The translations under genes and the position numbers were made by a program. From assembly GCA_963737655.1 (NCBI GenBank), contig CAVTTN010000002.1, positions 7,539,828 to 7,603,827 on the forward strand: a DNA stretch of 64,000 bases. The letters are read 5' to 3'. Below, one piece after another: positions 32,959 to 43,750 of the stretch. The first letter of the stretch is position 1; each line of letters starts with the position of its first letter. Below the pieces are notes generated by a model, which had not been told where the DNA came from, searched no databases, and saw only the letters and a program-made list of their open reading frames with translations. The stretch comes from an uncultured Planctomycetota bacterium. Lineage in GTDB: Bacteria; Planctomycetota; Planctomycetia; Isosphaerales; Isosphaeraceae.

Positions 32959-33978
32959 TCAATCCAGCTCCACGATCGCCTTGATCACGCCGGTTTCGGG
33001 TTTCGTGTAGGAAGGGAACAGGGCGGGGAGGTCGTCGAACGGGGCCCGGTGGGTGATCCAGGGCTTGGTGTCGATTCGTCCGTTTTCGATCAGGCCGATA
33101 ATCCGGGTGAAGTCGCCGGGCAGGGCGTTTCTCGAGGCGAGGAGCGTGCCCTCGGGCCTGTGGAGGACCGCCGGGCGGAACTTGACCTCCTCGGAGGTGA
33201 GGCCGACATAGACCAATCGGCCGCCGGGGGCGAGGTAGGAGAAGGCCAGTCCCATCGACGTGCTGTTGCCCGTGGCGTCGATCACCACGTCGGGCAGGTG
33301 GCCGTCGGTCAGGGCGCGGAGGTCGGTTTCGAGCGAATCCGAGGGCTGCAAGGTGAATTCGAGGCCCATGACCGACCGGCAGAACTCCAGGCGGGCGGCG
33401 TTGGTGTCCAGCATGATGGTCTTCGCGCCGGAGAGCGTCACGAATTCGAGGACTGCCAGGCCGATCGGCCCGGCGCCGATGATCAGGCACGATTCGTCCG
33501 ACTGGAGGGCGCCGCGATTGACGGCGTGGCAGCCGATCGCCAGGGTCTCCACCAGCGCAAGCTGATCGAGCGAGAGCTTTGTCGAGGGATGAAGCTTGCG
33601 GGCGGGCAGGAGGAATTCGGGCCTCAAGCCGCCGTCGCGATGGACCCCGAGCACTTCCAGCCGTTCGCAGCAGTTGGGATGCCCCTTGCGGCTGGCGTAG
33701 CTCGTCGGGTCGTTGATGTAGGGCTCGACCGAGCAGCGGTCGCCGGGTTTGACGTTGGACACGCCCTCGCCGACGGCCACGACCTCGACCCCGAGCTCGT
33801 GGCCGGGGATTCTCGGGTAGCTGAAAAACGGCATCTTGCCGAGATAGCCGCTGATGTCACTTCCGCAGATGCCCACGCGATGGACCTTCACCAGGGCCTC
33901 GCCCGGGCCGGGCGCGCCCGGCGGGTCGATCTCGACCTTCTTGAAGTCCTTCGGGGCCTCCAGGAGCAGGGCCTTCAT
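32959..33978 (-). CDS. Zn-dependent dehydrogenase, L-galactonate 5-dehydrogenase (LgoD/YjjN)-like
   Basis: GICGSD, FFSYPRIPGHELG, NCCERLEVLGVHRDGG, GAGPIG, DATGN, ASRNA; ATG at 33978. Confidence 0.82.
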   Translation of the reverse strand: MKALLLEAPKDFKKVEIDPPGAPGPGEALVKVHRVGICGSDISGYLGKMPFFSYPRIPGHELGVEVVAVGEGVSNVKPGDRCSVEPYINDPTSYASRKGHPNCCERLEVLGVHRDGGLRPEFLLPARKLHPSTKLSLDQLALVETLAIGCHAVNRGALQSDESCLIIGAGPIGLAVLEFVTLSGAKTIMLDTNAARLEFCRSVMGLEFTLQPSDSLETDLRALTDGHLPDVVIDATGNSTSMGLAFSYLAPGGRLVYVGLTSEEVKFRPAVLHRPEGTLLASRNALPGDFTRIIGLIENGRIDTKPWITHRAPFDDLPALFPSYTKPETGVIKAIVELD

Positions 33979-34943
33979 GAGCGCGTCCCTTCGGCGAACC
34001 TCGCCGGGATCGGGTCGTTGTTCTCGGGGCGACCCTCGATGTAGAACCAGTCGTGAATCGGTTCGAGGATCGCCAGGACCTCGGCCAGCAAGGTCGGGTC
34101 GATCGGCTGGTCGGCCCATTCGACCCATTTTCGGACGTTCTTCGGGTTCGCCGACCCGACGATGCACGTGGCCATGTCCTCGTTGGCGACCGAGTATTGC
34201 AAGGCGAGCTGGGCGATGTCCACGCCCTTCGATTCGCAGTGCTCGGCCGCCTTCTTGCAGATCGCACGGACCTGGGGCGTGGCCTTGTGCCACGGGGGAA
34301 GCTCGGTGTTCGTCAGCAGCCTCGCCGAGAACGGCGCCGCGTTCATGATCCCCACGTTCTTGGCTTTGAGGAACGGCACGAGGTCGGCGAACATGGTGTT
34401 TTGCAAGGTGTAATGGTTGTACGACAGGACGACGTCCAGGTCGGCTCGATCGAGGACGTAGCGAAAGATGTTCATCGGGTAGCCGCTGATCCCGATGAAG
34501 CGCACCTTCCCCTCGGCCTGGACCTTGCGGAGCGCCGGCAGCGTCTCCTCGACGATCTGGGACATCTCCACGAACTCGATGTCGTGGCAGAGCATGACAT
34601 CGAGATGGTCGGTCTTCATCCGTTCGAGGCTGATATCGACGCTCTCGACGACCCGTTTGGCCGAGAAGTCGAAATGGCTGCCGCTGTAGCGGCCGAGCTT
34701 CGAGCCGAGGTAATACCGATCGCGAGGGATTCCCTTCAACGCGACCCCGAGGAGACATTCGCTCATCCCCCGGCCGTAGAACGGCGAGGTGTCGATGAAG
34801 TTCATCCCCAGGTCCAGCGCCTCGTGGACCGAGTGGATCGCCTCGCCGAGGTCGATCGAGCGGAACTCCTGGCCGAGCGACGAGGCGCCGAAGCTCAACC
34901 ACGACAGTTCCAGGCCCGTCCGGCCGAGTGGTCGGAATTTCAT
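33975..34943 (-). CDS. Aldo/keto reductase, L-galactose dehydrogenase-like
   Basis: LSFGASSLG, IDTSPFYG, SKLGRY, FDFSAKRV, CHDIEF, IGISGYP, LSYNHY; ATG at 34943. Confidence 0.85.
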   Translation of the reverse strand: MKFRPLGRTGLELSWLSFGASSLGQEFRSIDLGEAIHSVHEALDLGMNFIDTSPFYGRGMSECLLGVALKGIPRDRYYLGSKLGRYSGSHFDFSAKRVVESVDISLERMKTDHLDVMLCHDIEFVEMSQIVEETLPALRKVQAEGKVRFIGISGYPMNIFRYVLDRADLDVVLSYNHYTLQNTMFADLVPFLKAKNVGIMNAAPFSARLLTNTELPPWHKATPQVRAICKKAAEHCESKGVDIAQLALQYSVANEDMATCIVGSANPKNVRKWVEWADQPIDPTLLAEVLAILEPIHDWFYIEGRPENNDPIPARFAEGTRS

Positions 34944-35066
34944 GAAGAAGGCTCCAGAGCGGACCGGCGGAGTCGAGGCTGCCGGGAACGTCCCGAATCC
35001 TACCATCGACGGCCCGCCAGGGCACCGGGGCAGGGGGGATTCTCAGGGAGCCGAAATTCGAGTGTG

Positions 35067-35146
35067 GAAACGCGGATTACGCAGATTGCTCAGATTGCAT
35101 AAATGAAATCCAATTCAATCTGCGTAATCTGCGTAATCTGCGTTTC
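35067..35146. repeat. Inverted repeat made of three tandem 9-mers (ACGCAGATT) per arm
   Basis: 35067-35097 versus 35116-35146, 28/31 complementary, 18-nt AT-rich loop, in a divergent intergenic region. Confidence 0.85.
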
Positions 35147-35258
35147 AGGATCCGTTCCCGCATCGTCCGGAGAGAGCGAGGCGGGGGTTGCGATCGGGGG
35201 AAGGGCCGATTACCTTCGGCGGGTCTCGGGCGAGTGGATCGGTTCGGGAGGTCGTCCC

Positions 35259-36386
35259 ATGAGCGCGCTGGATCGGCCGAGTCGTCGCGAGTTCGGGGGG
35301 ATCGTCCTGGGCCTGGCGGCCGGGGCGCTGGGGGCGGCGGCTCCGCGTGCAAAGGCTGTCAAAAAACGGCTTTACGTCGCCACTCCGGGGATTCGCGACT
35401 ACCTGGAATACGGCGGCCACGGCCTGATCGTGTTCGACATCGACGACGGCCACAAGTTCGTGAAACGCATCCCGACCGGCGGCACCGACCCAGCGGGCAA
35501 GCCCCGGAACGTCAAGGGAGTCGCCGCGAATGCCGACACCCACAAGATTTACGTCGCGACGACTCATACCCTGACCTGCCTCGACCTGCTCAGCGAGTCG
35601 ATCCTCTGGGAGAAGGAGTATGAGGGCGGCTGCGACCGGATGGCCATCGCCCCGGACGGCTCCAACCTGTATCTCCCTTCGTTCGAGAAGGACCACTGGA
35701 ACGTCGTGGACGGGGCCTCGGGCGCGGTGATCGCCAAGATTACGCCCAAATCCGGGTCGCACAACACGGTTTATGGCCTCGACGGCAAGCACGTCTACCT
35801 CGCCGGCCTCCGCTCGCCGTTGCTGACCGTGGCCGAGACCCGGGGGCACACCGCCGAGAGGACCGTCGGCCCGTTCGCCGACAGCATCCGGCCGTTCACG
35901 GTCAATGGCCGGCAGTCGTTGGTGTTCGTGAACGTTAATGGCTTGCTGGGTTTCGAAATCGGCGACCTGAAGACGGGAAAGAAGATCCATCGGGTCGAGG
36001 TGAAGGGGTTCAAGACGGGCCCGGTGAAGCGTCATGGATGCCCGAGTCACGGGATTGGCCTCACTCCGGATGAGACCGAGATCTGGGTCTCGGACGCCAC
36101 GAACCGGCGGATCCACGTCTTCGACAACACCGTCATGCCCCCGAAACCGATGGTCAGCCTGGAGTTGCGGGACGAGCCGGGCTGGGTCACGTTCGGCCTC
36201 GACGGCAAGCTTGCCTATCCCTCGACGGGCGAGGTCTTCGACGTGGCGACCAAGAAGATCGTGGCGACCCTGACCGACGAGACCGGGCGGGCGGTCCAGA
36301 GCGAGAAGCTCCTGGAACTGACCTTCGACGGCGACCGGCCCGTCAAGGCGGCCGATCAATTCGGCCTGGGGAGGGTCCGGGATTGA
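35259..36386 (+). CDS. Tat-exported YncE/YVTN-like beta-propeller protein
   Basis: GGAGGT RBS; SRREFGG twin-arginine signal; blades such as MAIAPDGSNLYL, IGLTPDETEIWV, TFGLDGKLAY. Confidence 0.8.
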   Translation: MSALDRPSRREFGGIVLGLAAGALGAAAPRAKAVKKRLYVATPGIRDYLEYGGHGLIVFDIDDGHKFVKRIPTGGTDPAGKPRNVKGVAANADTHKIYVATTHTLTCLDLLSESILWEKEYEGGCDRMAIAPDGSNLYLPSFEKDHWNVVDGASGAVIAKITPKSGSHNTVYGLDGKHVYLAGLRSPLLTVAETRGHTAERTVGPFADSIRPFTVNGRQSLVFVNVNGLLGFEIGDLKTGKKIHRVEVKGFKTGPVKRHGCPSHGIGLTPDETEIWVSDATNRRIHVFDNTVMPPKPMVSLELRDEPGWVTFGLDGKLAYPSTGEVFDVATKKIVATLTDETGRAVQSEKLLELTFDGDRPVKAADQFGLGRVRD

Positions 36387-37531
36387 TCCGCGCGGCCCTT
36401 GGGCTTGGCGGGACCCTGATCATCGCCTTCGTCCTGCTCGACGGGTTCGAGGCGATGCTTTTGCCTCGGCGGATCTCCCGGTCGATCCGATTCGCCCGTT
36501 ATTATTACCAGACAAGTTGGCGAATCTGGGTCGTTCTTTCGGGCCCGATGCCCTCGCCGAAGCGGAAGGGGGGCTTCCTGAGCCTCTATGGGCCGCTTTC
36601 GATCCTCGTCCTCTTCGCCATCTGGGCCGTGGCCCTGATCGCCGCATTCGCCATGTTGCAGCAGGCGGCGGGATCGAGGCTGAATCCGGCCCGCGAGGTG
36701 GGGACGTTTGGTGATCTGATCTATTTAAGCGGGGTGACGTTCTTTACGCTCGGGTTTGGCGACCTCACGCCGATCGACCCGGTCGGTCGGGGCCTGTGCG
36801 TTGCAGAAGCAGGGCTGGGGTTCGCGTTCCTGGCCGTGGTCATCAGCTACTTGCCGGTGCTGTATCAGGCGTTCTCGAAACGAGAAGCGACGATTTCGCT
36901 GATGGATGCCCGCGCCGGGTCGCCGCCGTCGGCCGACCAGCTCCTGATCCGCCTCGGCCCGAGCCGGTCGGCGGACCCCCTCGATCGGCTCTTCTCGGAA
37001 TGGGAGCGATGGGCGGCCGAGCTTCTCGAAAGTCACATTTCGTTCCCACTGCTCAGTTTTTATCGATCGCAGCACGACAATCAGTCCTGGCTGGCGTCTC
37101 TGGCGATGATCCTCGACGCCTCGTCGATCGCGGTCGCGGAATTCTCGGGCGTGGACACCTATCAGGCCCGGCTCACGTTCGCGATGGCCCGGCACGCCGC
37201 CGTGGACCTGGCTCAAATCTTCCAGGTGCCGCCCCAGGAACCCAATCCGCCTCGGCTTGATCCGTCTCGGGCGGCGATCTTGCGGGCCGAGCTCGAAAAA
37301 TCCGGCTGGGAAGTTCGCGGCGACCCGGCGGCCTGTGCCAAGCTGGAGGAGCTGCGAAGCACGTATGAACCCTTCCTCGAAGCGCTCGGCCGGTACTTCC
37401 GCCTGAACGTCCCGCCGATCGTCCGGGACACCCCGCCGGTGGACAACTGGCAGACGAGCGCGTGGATGAGGCGGACCAGCGGCCTCGCCGGCCTGGCCAC
37501 GGCCCCGGGAGCGGATGACCACGACGATTGA
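36383..37531 (+). CDS. Potassium-channel-family (Ion_trans_2) membrane protein
   Basis: Pore motif YLSGVTFFTLGFGD between TM helices; TTG start overlapping the upstream stop. Confidence 0.8.
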   Translation: MIRAALGLGGTLIIAFVLLDGFEAMLLPRRISRSIRFARYYYQTSWRIWVVLSGPMPSPKRKGGFLSLYGPLSILVLFAIWAVALIAAFAMLQQAAGSRLNPAREVGTFGDLIYLSGVTFFTLGFGDLTPIDPVGRGLCVAEAGLGFAFLAVVISYLPVLYQAFSKREATISLMDARAGSPPSADQLLIRLGPSRSADPLDRLFSEWERWAAELLESHISFPLLSFYRSQHDNQSWLASLAMILDASSIAVAEFSGVDTYQARLTFAMARHAAVDLAQIFQVPPQEPNPPRLDPSRAAILRAELEKSGWEVRGDPAACAKLEELRSTYEPFLEALGRYFRLNVPPIVRDTPPVDNWQTSAWMRRTSGLAGLATAPGADDHDD

Positions 37532-37568
37532 GGCGACTGAGCCGGGCAGCCCTCGACGAGGAAGACCC

Positions 37569-37982
37569 ATGCTTCGAGGTCTGGAAACGCCGATCGCGGA
37601 GAGCGGGATCGGCGGGCGAGACCGCCGGTTCCGGGTTGCCGGCAGGTGCGTCCTCGCGGCAGTGTCCATCGCGATGACTTGTCTGATCCCGTGGCTCCTG
37701 GTGTTCCAGGAAGTCCGGGCGGGGGTGACTCGGGGCCGGGCCGGCGAGTCGCCGTCCGCGATCGGACCGGATCGGACGTTCGAGATGCGATACGTCGTCC
37801 GCGGGACGATTTACACGGCAAGAGCGGACGCCCTGCTCCCCGACGGCGTCCGGCTCCGGGTCGATGACGATGGAACCGTCGGTTCGACGCTGAGGATCTT
37901 CGTGAACGACCGATTCCCGGTCTGGTGGGAATGGGTCGATTTGAACCCCAGGGCCTCCACCTCGAAGCGTTGCTCGGGATGA
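37569..37982 (+). CDS. Small single-TM hypothetical protein
   Basis: One hydrophobic segment; supported by an adjacent paralog sharing LAAxS, PxLLVF and IFVNxxFPxWW. Confidence 0.55.
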   Translation: MLRGLETPIAESGIGGRDRRFRVAGRCVLAAVSIAMTCLIPWLLVFQEVRAGVTRGRAGESPSAIGPDRTFEMRYVVRGTIYTARADALLPDGVRLRVDDDGTVGSTLRIFVNDRFPVWWEWVDLNPRASTSKRCSG

Positions 37983-38223
37983 GCGTCGTCTTTCTCCTCC
38001 TGGCGGCCCGGGACGCGCTCCGTCCGAGAAAAACGAAGCCCTCCGCGATCTAGAGCGGGTCACGCTCGGGTCGCCCACGCCTCGGGCTGGTGATCGAGCA
38101 ACGTACCCCGAATCCGGATCGAATTCGGCCTTGTGGCGGTCCTGGAGAATGTGAGGCGGCCCGGTCGCCTCGAGTCGCCGAACGCCAGTTCGTGAGGCGG
38201 ATTTGGGGAAGGGGGCGAGTTCG

Positions 38224-38655
38224 ATGTACCGACGCCGTCGGATCGCCGTCTAGCTCCTGCTCGCCGCGATCTCGCTCTCGCTCCTCGGGTTCCTGCCGAA
38301 GCTTCTCGTCTTCGAACCCATCGAGGCAAGTTTCTCCCGGAGGACGGGCCGCCTTTTCCAGGGCCGGTATCGCGTCCAGGAGGCGGCTTACGCGACGCTC
38401 TACGAACCGGAGGAAGGGGACCGGAGCGAGATCCTGGAAGCGACTACCTCGGCCGGCTCCCGAATGACGATCTTCGTGAATCGCGCGTTCCCCTCCTGGT
38501 GGCGGCGGGAGGATTTCCCGAAGAAATCGGTTCCGCACGAATCGCTTCGCGGTCTCGCCTTCCTGTTCGCGAGCATGGCGGCGCTGGAGGGCGTTCGGAC
38601 GAAGGGGCGAAATCGCCCCGGCGCCGGTCGGTGCGAACCGGAGGCCCCCCCTTGA
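38224..38655 (+). pseudogene. Tandem paralog of 37569..37982 with an in-frame TAG at 38251-38253
   Basis: MYRRRRIAV*LLLAAISLSLLGFLPKLLVFE...MTIFVNRAFPSWW in a single frame. Confidence 0.55.
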
Positions 38656-38984
38656 TCGCGACGGGTCCGGGGCCTTCGCTGTTTTGAGGCCCCGTCGGAT
38701 CGACCGGCGTTCCGGTCGGGGCCGTTTCCTTCTCGGCGGGAGATTCTTCCGAAGGGTCTTATGGGGCACGGGTTCCGTCTTTGGGACCCGATTCACGCAA
38801 GCTGCGTCCGGGCGAAAGCTCCCGGAAACGGAAACGGCCCTGGAGGTCTCGTCGGAGTATGATCCTTTCTTGTCGGTCTTCGGGTAGACTCAAGGACCCG
38901 GGAACCGCTTCGGAACAAGCGGGGTCGGGTTGATGCCGCAAGGGTCTCTCAGGACCTGGCGCGGTTCTTGCTGAGGATTGGTAC

Positions 38985-41900
38985 ATGGAAGCCTGGGTCG
39001 AGGACTTCGAAGTCCCTCCCGGCGATCCCTCGGAGCCGAGCGGACCCAGAATGGACCCGACCGAACGTAGGTCTCCGATCCCCGACCCCCTCGCGTCCCT
39101 CGCCGAAGGAGGCGAGATGGGCGGTCGCACGCGGGCGTTCGACTGGTCCGCGACGCCCCTCGGGCCGATCGATGGCTGGCCTCGGGCGTTGCGGACGGTG
39201 GTCCGCGTGATGCTGGACTCGCGATACGCCATGTGGTTGGGCTGGGGCCCGGACCTGATCTTCTTCTACAACGACGCCTACGCCCGGATGACCCTCGGGC
39301 CCAAGCACCCCTGGGCCCTGGGCCGACCGGCCCGCGAGGTCTGGTCGGAGATCTGGGACGACATCGGGCCCCGGGCCGATCAGGTCGTCCGGACCGGCCA
39401 GGCCACGTGGGACGAGGGGCTGCTCCTGTTCCTGGAGAGGCAGGGGTTCCGCGAGGAGACTTACCACACCTTCTCGTACAGCCCCGTGCCCGACGATGCC
39501 GGAGGGGTCGGCGGGTTGCTATGCGTGGTGACCGAGGACACCGAGAGGACCGTCGGCGAGCGTCGCCTGAGGACACTCCGCGAGCTGGCGGCCCGGACGA
39601 GCGACGAGACGAGTTCGGCCGTCGAAGCGTGCCGGACGGCGGCCAGGACCCTCGCCGCGAATCCTCAGGACGTGGCGTTCACCTTATTCTACCTGCTCGA
39701 TGCCGAGGGCCGGCGGGCGACCCTGGCCGGTTCGGCCGGGGTGGAGGCGGGGTCGCCGATGAGTCCGACGGTCGTGGACCTGGACGACGACACCGCGCCG
39801 TGGCCGTTCGGCCGGGTCGTGGCGACGGGTCGGTCGGCGGACGTCGAAGGGTCGGCCGAGCGGTTCGGCCCGTGGCCTGGCGGGGTCTGGCCCGAGCCGT
39901 CCCGGCGGGCGGTTCTCCTGCCGATGGCCCGGCCGGGTCAATCGCAGCTCGCCGGGTTCGTCGTGGTGGGCGTGAGTCCGCGCCGCCCCCTGGACGACGG
40001 CTATCGAGGCTTCCTGGACCTCCTGGCCGGCCAGATCGCCAACACCGTGGCCAACGCCCGCGCCTATGCCGAGGAACGGCGGAGGGCCGAGGAACTCGCC
40101 GAGCTCGACCGGGCCAAGACGGCGTTCTTCTCCAACGTCAGCCACGAGTTCCGCACGCCCTTGACCCTGCTCCTGGGACCCGTCGAGGACATCCTGGCCA
40201 AGCCGCCGGGCGAGGTCCTCGCCGCCAACCGGGACCTCCTGGAGGTCGTCCACCGCAACGCGCTCCGGCTCCAGAAGCTGGTCAATAGCTTGCTGGATTT
40301 CTCCAGGATCGAGGCCGGGCGAGTCCGGGCCCAGTTCGAGCCGACGGACCTGGCGGGTTTCACCGCCGAGCCTCGCCAGCAACTTCCACTCGGCCTGCGA
40401 CCGGGCCGGCCTGGCCCTGGTCGTCGATTGCCCGCCGGCGGCCGAGCCGGCGTTCGTGGATCGGGACATGTGGGAGAAGATCGTCCTGAACCTCGTCTCC
40501 AACGCCTTCAAATACACCCTGGAAGGCCGGATCGAGGTGAGTCTCCGCCAGGAAGGCGACCGGTCCGAGCTGGAGGTGAAGGATACCGGGGTGGGCATCC
40601 CGGCCGAGGAGATGCCCAAGCTGTTCGAGAGGTTCCACCGGGTCGAGGCCTCTCGGGGCCGGACCCAGGAAGGCTCGGGGATCGGCCTGGCGCTGGTCAA
40701 GGAGCTCGCCCGGTTCCACGGAGGCGACGTCCGGGCCGAGAGCCGCCCCGGCCAGGGATCGACGTTCACCGTGTCGATCCCCCTGGGTTCGTCCCACCTG
40801 CCGGCCGACCGGGTCGGCGCCCGGCGGGAGGGGCCGTCGACGGCCCTGGGCGCGGCGTCCTTCGTGGAAGAGGCGCAGCGATGGCTGCCCGGGGCGTGGG
40901 CGGCGGCCCCTCCGGCGATCGTGCCGAGCGGCGACCGGCCGCCCGGGGCGTCGTCGCCGCCCCCCGGCTCCCGGCCCCGCGTCCTCCTGGCGGATGATAA
41001 TGCGGACATGCGTGAGTATGTCCGCCGATTGCTGGCGACTCGCTTCGCCGTGGAGGCGGTCGGCGACGGCGTCTCGGCCCTGGCCTCGGCCCGGTCGCTC
41101 CGGCCCGACCTGGTCCTCTCCGACGTGATGATGCCGGGCCTGGACGGCTTCGGCCTCCTCCGCGAGCTCCGGGCCGACCCGGGCACGCGAGACGTGCCGG
41201 TCCTGCTCCTCTCGGCCCGGGCCGGGGAGGAGGTCGAGGGCCTGGAAGCCGGGGCCGACGACTACCTGACCAAGCCGTTCCACGCTCGCGAGCTCCTCGC
41301 CCGGGTCGCCTCGCAAATCGACCTGGCCGCTCTCCGGCGTCAGGCGGAGACGGAGCGCAGGCTGGGCGAGGAGCGAAGCCGGGCGATCCTGGAAAGCATC
41401 ACCGACGCCTTCTTCGCCGTCGATCGCGCCTGGAAGTTCACCTATGTGAATCGCCAGGCCGAGCAGGTCCTCGACCGCCGCGCCGGCGAGCTCCTCGGCC
41501 GGACCCTCTGGGAAGTCTTCCCCGGCCTGGTCGGCAGCGAATTCGAGCCGTCGTACCTCCGGGCGATGGACCAGGGGGAGTCGAGCTCGCTGACCTCCTA
41601 TTATCTCGACCACGACCGCTGGTACGAGGTCCACACCTACCCCGCCGCCGAGGGCGTCTCGATCTACTTCCGCGACGTGACCGAGAAGGTCCGCGCCGAG
41701 GAGCGAGAGCGGGCACTCCTGTCGGAGGCGGCCTCGGCCAACCTGAGATTCCGAGCGTTCTTCGAGCAAGGCGCCCTGTTCGCCGGGATCATGGCCGTCG
41801 ACGGAACGATCCTCGAGCCCAACCGGCTTTCTCTGGAGGCGTGCGGGTTCACCCGAGAGCAGGTCATCGGCCGGAAGTTCTGGGAATGTCCGTGGTGGAG

Positions 41901-43716
41901 CCCGTCGCCGGACGTCTCCCGGACGATCCGCGAGGCGTCGGCCCTGGCGGCCCTCGGTCACACCTTTCGCGCCGAGATGCCGTACTTCGTCGCCGACGGC
42001 GGCCAGGGCGTCCTGGACCTGATCCTCCTGCCCATCAAGGACGATGAGGGGCGGGTCCTCTTCCTCGCGCCCACCGGCACGGACGTCACCGAGAGGAAAC
42101 GGGCCGAGGCCGCCCTGATCCGCCTGACCCTGGAGTCCGAGCAACAGCGGAGGGTCTACGAGACGGCCCTCTCCAACACCGCCGACTTCAATTACGTCTT
42201 CGACCTGGACGGCCGGTTCAGCTATGTCAACGACGCCCTCCTCAGCCTCTGGCGAAAGACGCTGCCGGAAGCGATCGGGAAGAACTTCTTCGAGCTGGAC
42301 TATCCGCAGGAGCTGGCCCAACAGCTCCAGGACGAGATTCGCCAGGTGATCCGCACGAAGTCGCGGGTCCGGGGAGAGACCCCCTACACCGGTCCCGACG
42401 GCGAGCGGCAATACGAGTACATCTTCGTGCCCGTTCTCAAGGACGACGGCTCGGTCGGTGCCGTCGCGGGCTCGACCCGGGACATCACCGAGAGGAAGGA
42501 ATGGGAGGAGGGCCTGAGGAGGCTGGCGGCCGACCTCTCCGAGGCCGATCGCCGCAAGGATGAGTTCCTCGCCACGCTCGCCCACGAGCTCCGCAACCCC
42601 CTGGCGCCGATCCGCAACGGATTGCAGATCCTCCGCCTCGCCGGCGACGATCGCTCGGCCGCCGAGGAGGCGCGGATGCTCATGGAACGCCAGGTGGCCC
42701 ACATGGTCCGCCTGATCGACGACTTGCTGGACGTTTCGCGGATCACCCGGGGCAAGCTGGAGCTCCGGAGGGAGCGGGTCGAGCTCGCGGCGGTCGTCCA
42801 GGTCGCCGTCGAGACCAGTCGGCCGCTGGTGGAGTCCGCCGGCCACGAGCTTTCCGTGACCATGCCGGCTCGCCCGATCGTCCTGGACGCCGACCCGACC
42901 CGCCTGGCCCAGGTGATCTCCAACCTCCTGAACAACGCGGCCAAGTACACCGAGCCCGGCGGCCAGATCGCCCTGGTCGTCGAGCGTCGGGGCGGCGAGG
43001 CCGTCGTGACGATCCGCGACAACGGCGTGGGCATCCCGGCCGAGATGCTTCCCCGAGTGTTCGACATGTTCGCGCAGGTCGACCAATCGTTGGAGAAGTC
43101 GCAGGGAGGGCTGGGGATCGGCCTGACCCTGGTCCAGAGGCTCACGCAGATGCACGGGGGGTCGGTCGAAGCCAGGAGCGACGGCCGCCCCGGCCTCGGC
43201 AGCGAATTCCAGGTTCGGCTGCCGATCGAAGCCGAGGCGACCGCCCGCCCGGCGGCTCGTCCGGCCTCGCCGCTGCCCCTCGGACCCAGCCCGAGCCTTC
43301 GCATCCTCATCGTCGATGACAACCTGGACTCCGCCCGGACCCTCGCCCGGCTTCTCCGCCTCCTCGGGCATCGCACCTTCACCGCCCACGACGGCGGTGA
43401 GGCTCTGGAGGTGGCCGAGGAGGAACGGCCAGACGTGGTCCTCCTGGACATCGGCTTGCCCGTGCTCAACGGCTACGACGTGGCCCGGCAGATCCGCCAG
43501 CGCCCCTGGGGCCGGGACATCCAGATCATCGCCCTGACCGGCTGGGGCCAGGAGTCCGACCGCCAGCGGTCGAAGGAGTCGGGATTTGACCACCACCTGG
43601 TCAAGCCGATCGACCCGGACGCCTTGCGGGGCCTCTTGCTCGGGCCCACCACCAACGGAGGGCCCGCCCCGAGCCCGTCCGCCACCGTGACGACGGCCCC
43701 TCCTCACGGCTCATGA
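38985..43716 (+). CDS. Hybrid double histidine kinase (PAS-GAF-HisKA-HATPase-REC-3xPAS-HisKA-HATPase-REC); extra base near 40370
   Basis: H-boxes VSHEFRTPL and LAHELRNPL; G-boxes GSGIGL and GLGIGL; REC motifs SDVMMP and LDIGLP; start 38985 or 39051. Confidence 0.9.
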
Positions 43717-43750
43717 CGCTCGACGCCGATCCCGGTCGTCTCGCCGAAGT

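Noticed and set aside
26995..34943. Planctomycete fucose/rhamnose microcompartment locus
   Set aside because: No shell proteins, aldolase, kinase or aldehyde dehydrogenase; uxaE and the SDR point to hexuronate chemistry
35067..35146. CRISPR array
   Set aside because: Units are 9-bp tandem repeats without spacers; no cas genes and no repeat-spacer array anywhere in the window
38251..38253. Pyrrolysine or programmed amber readthrough
   Set aside because: No pyl genes seen and TAG serves as a normal stop elsewhere (949, 12858, 63977)
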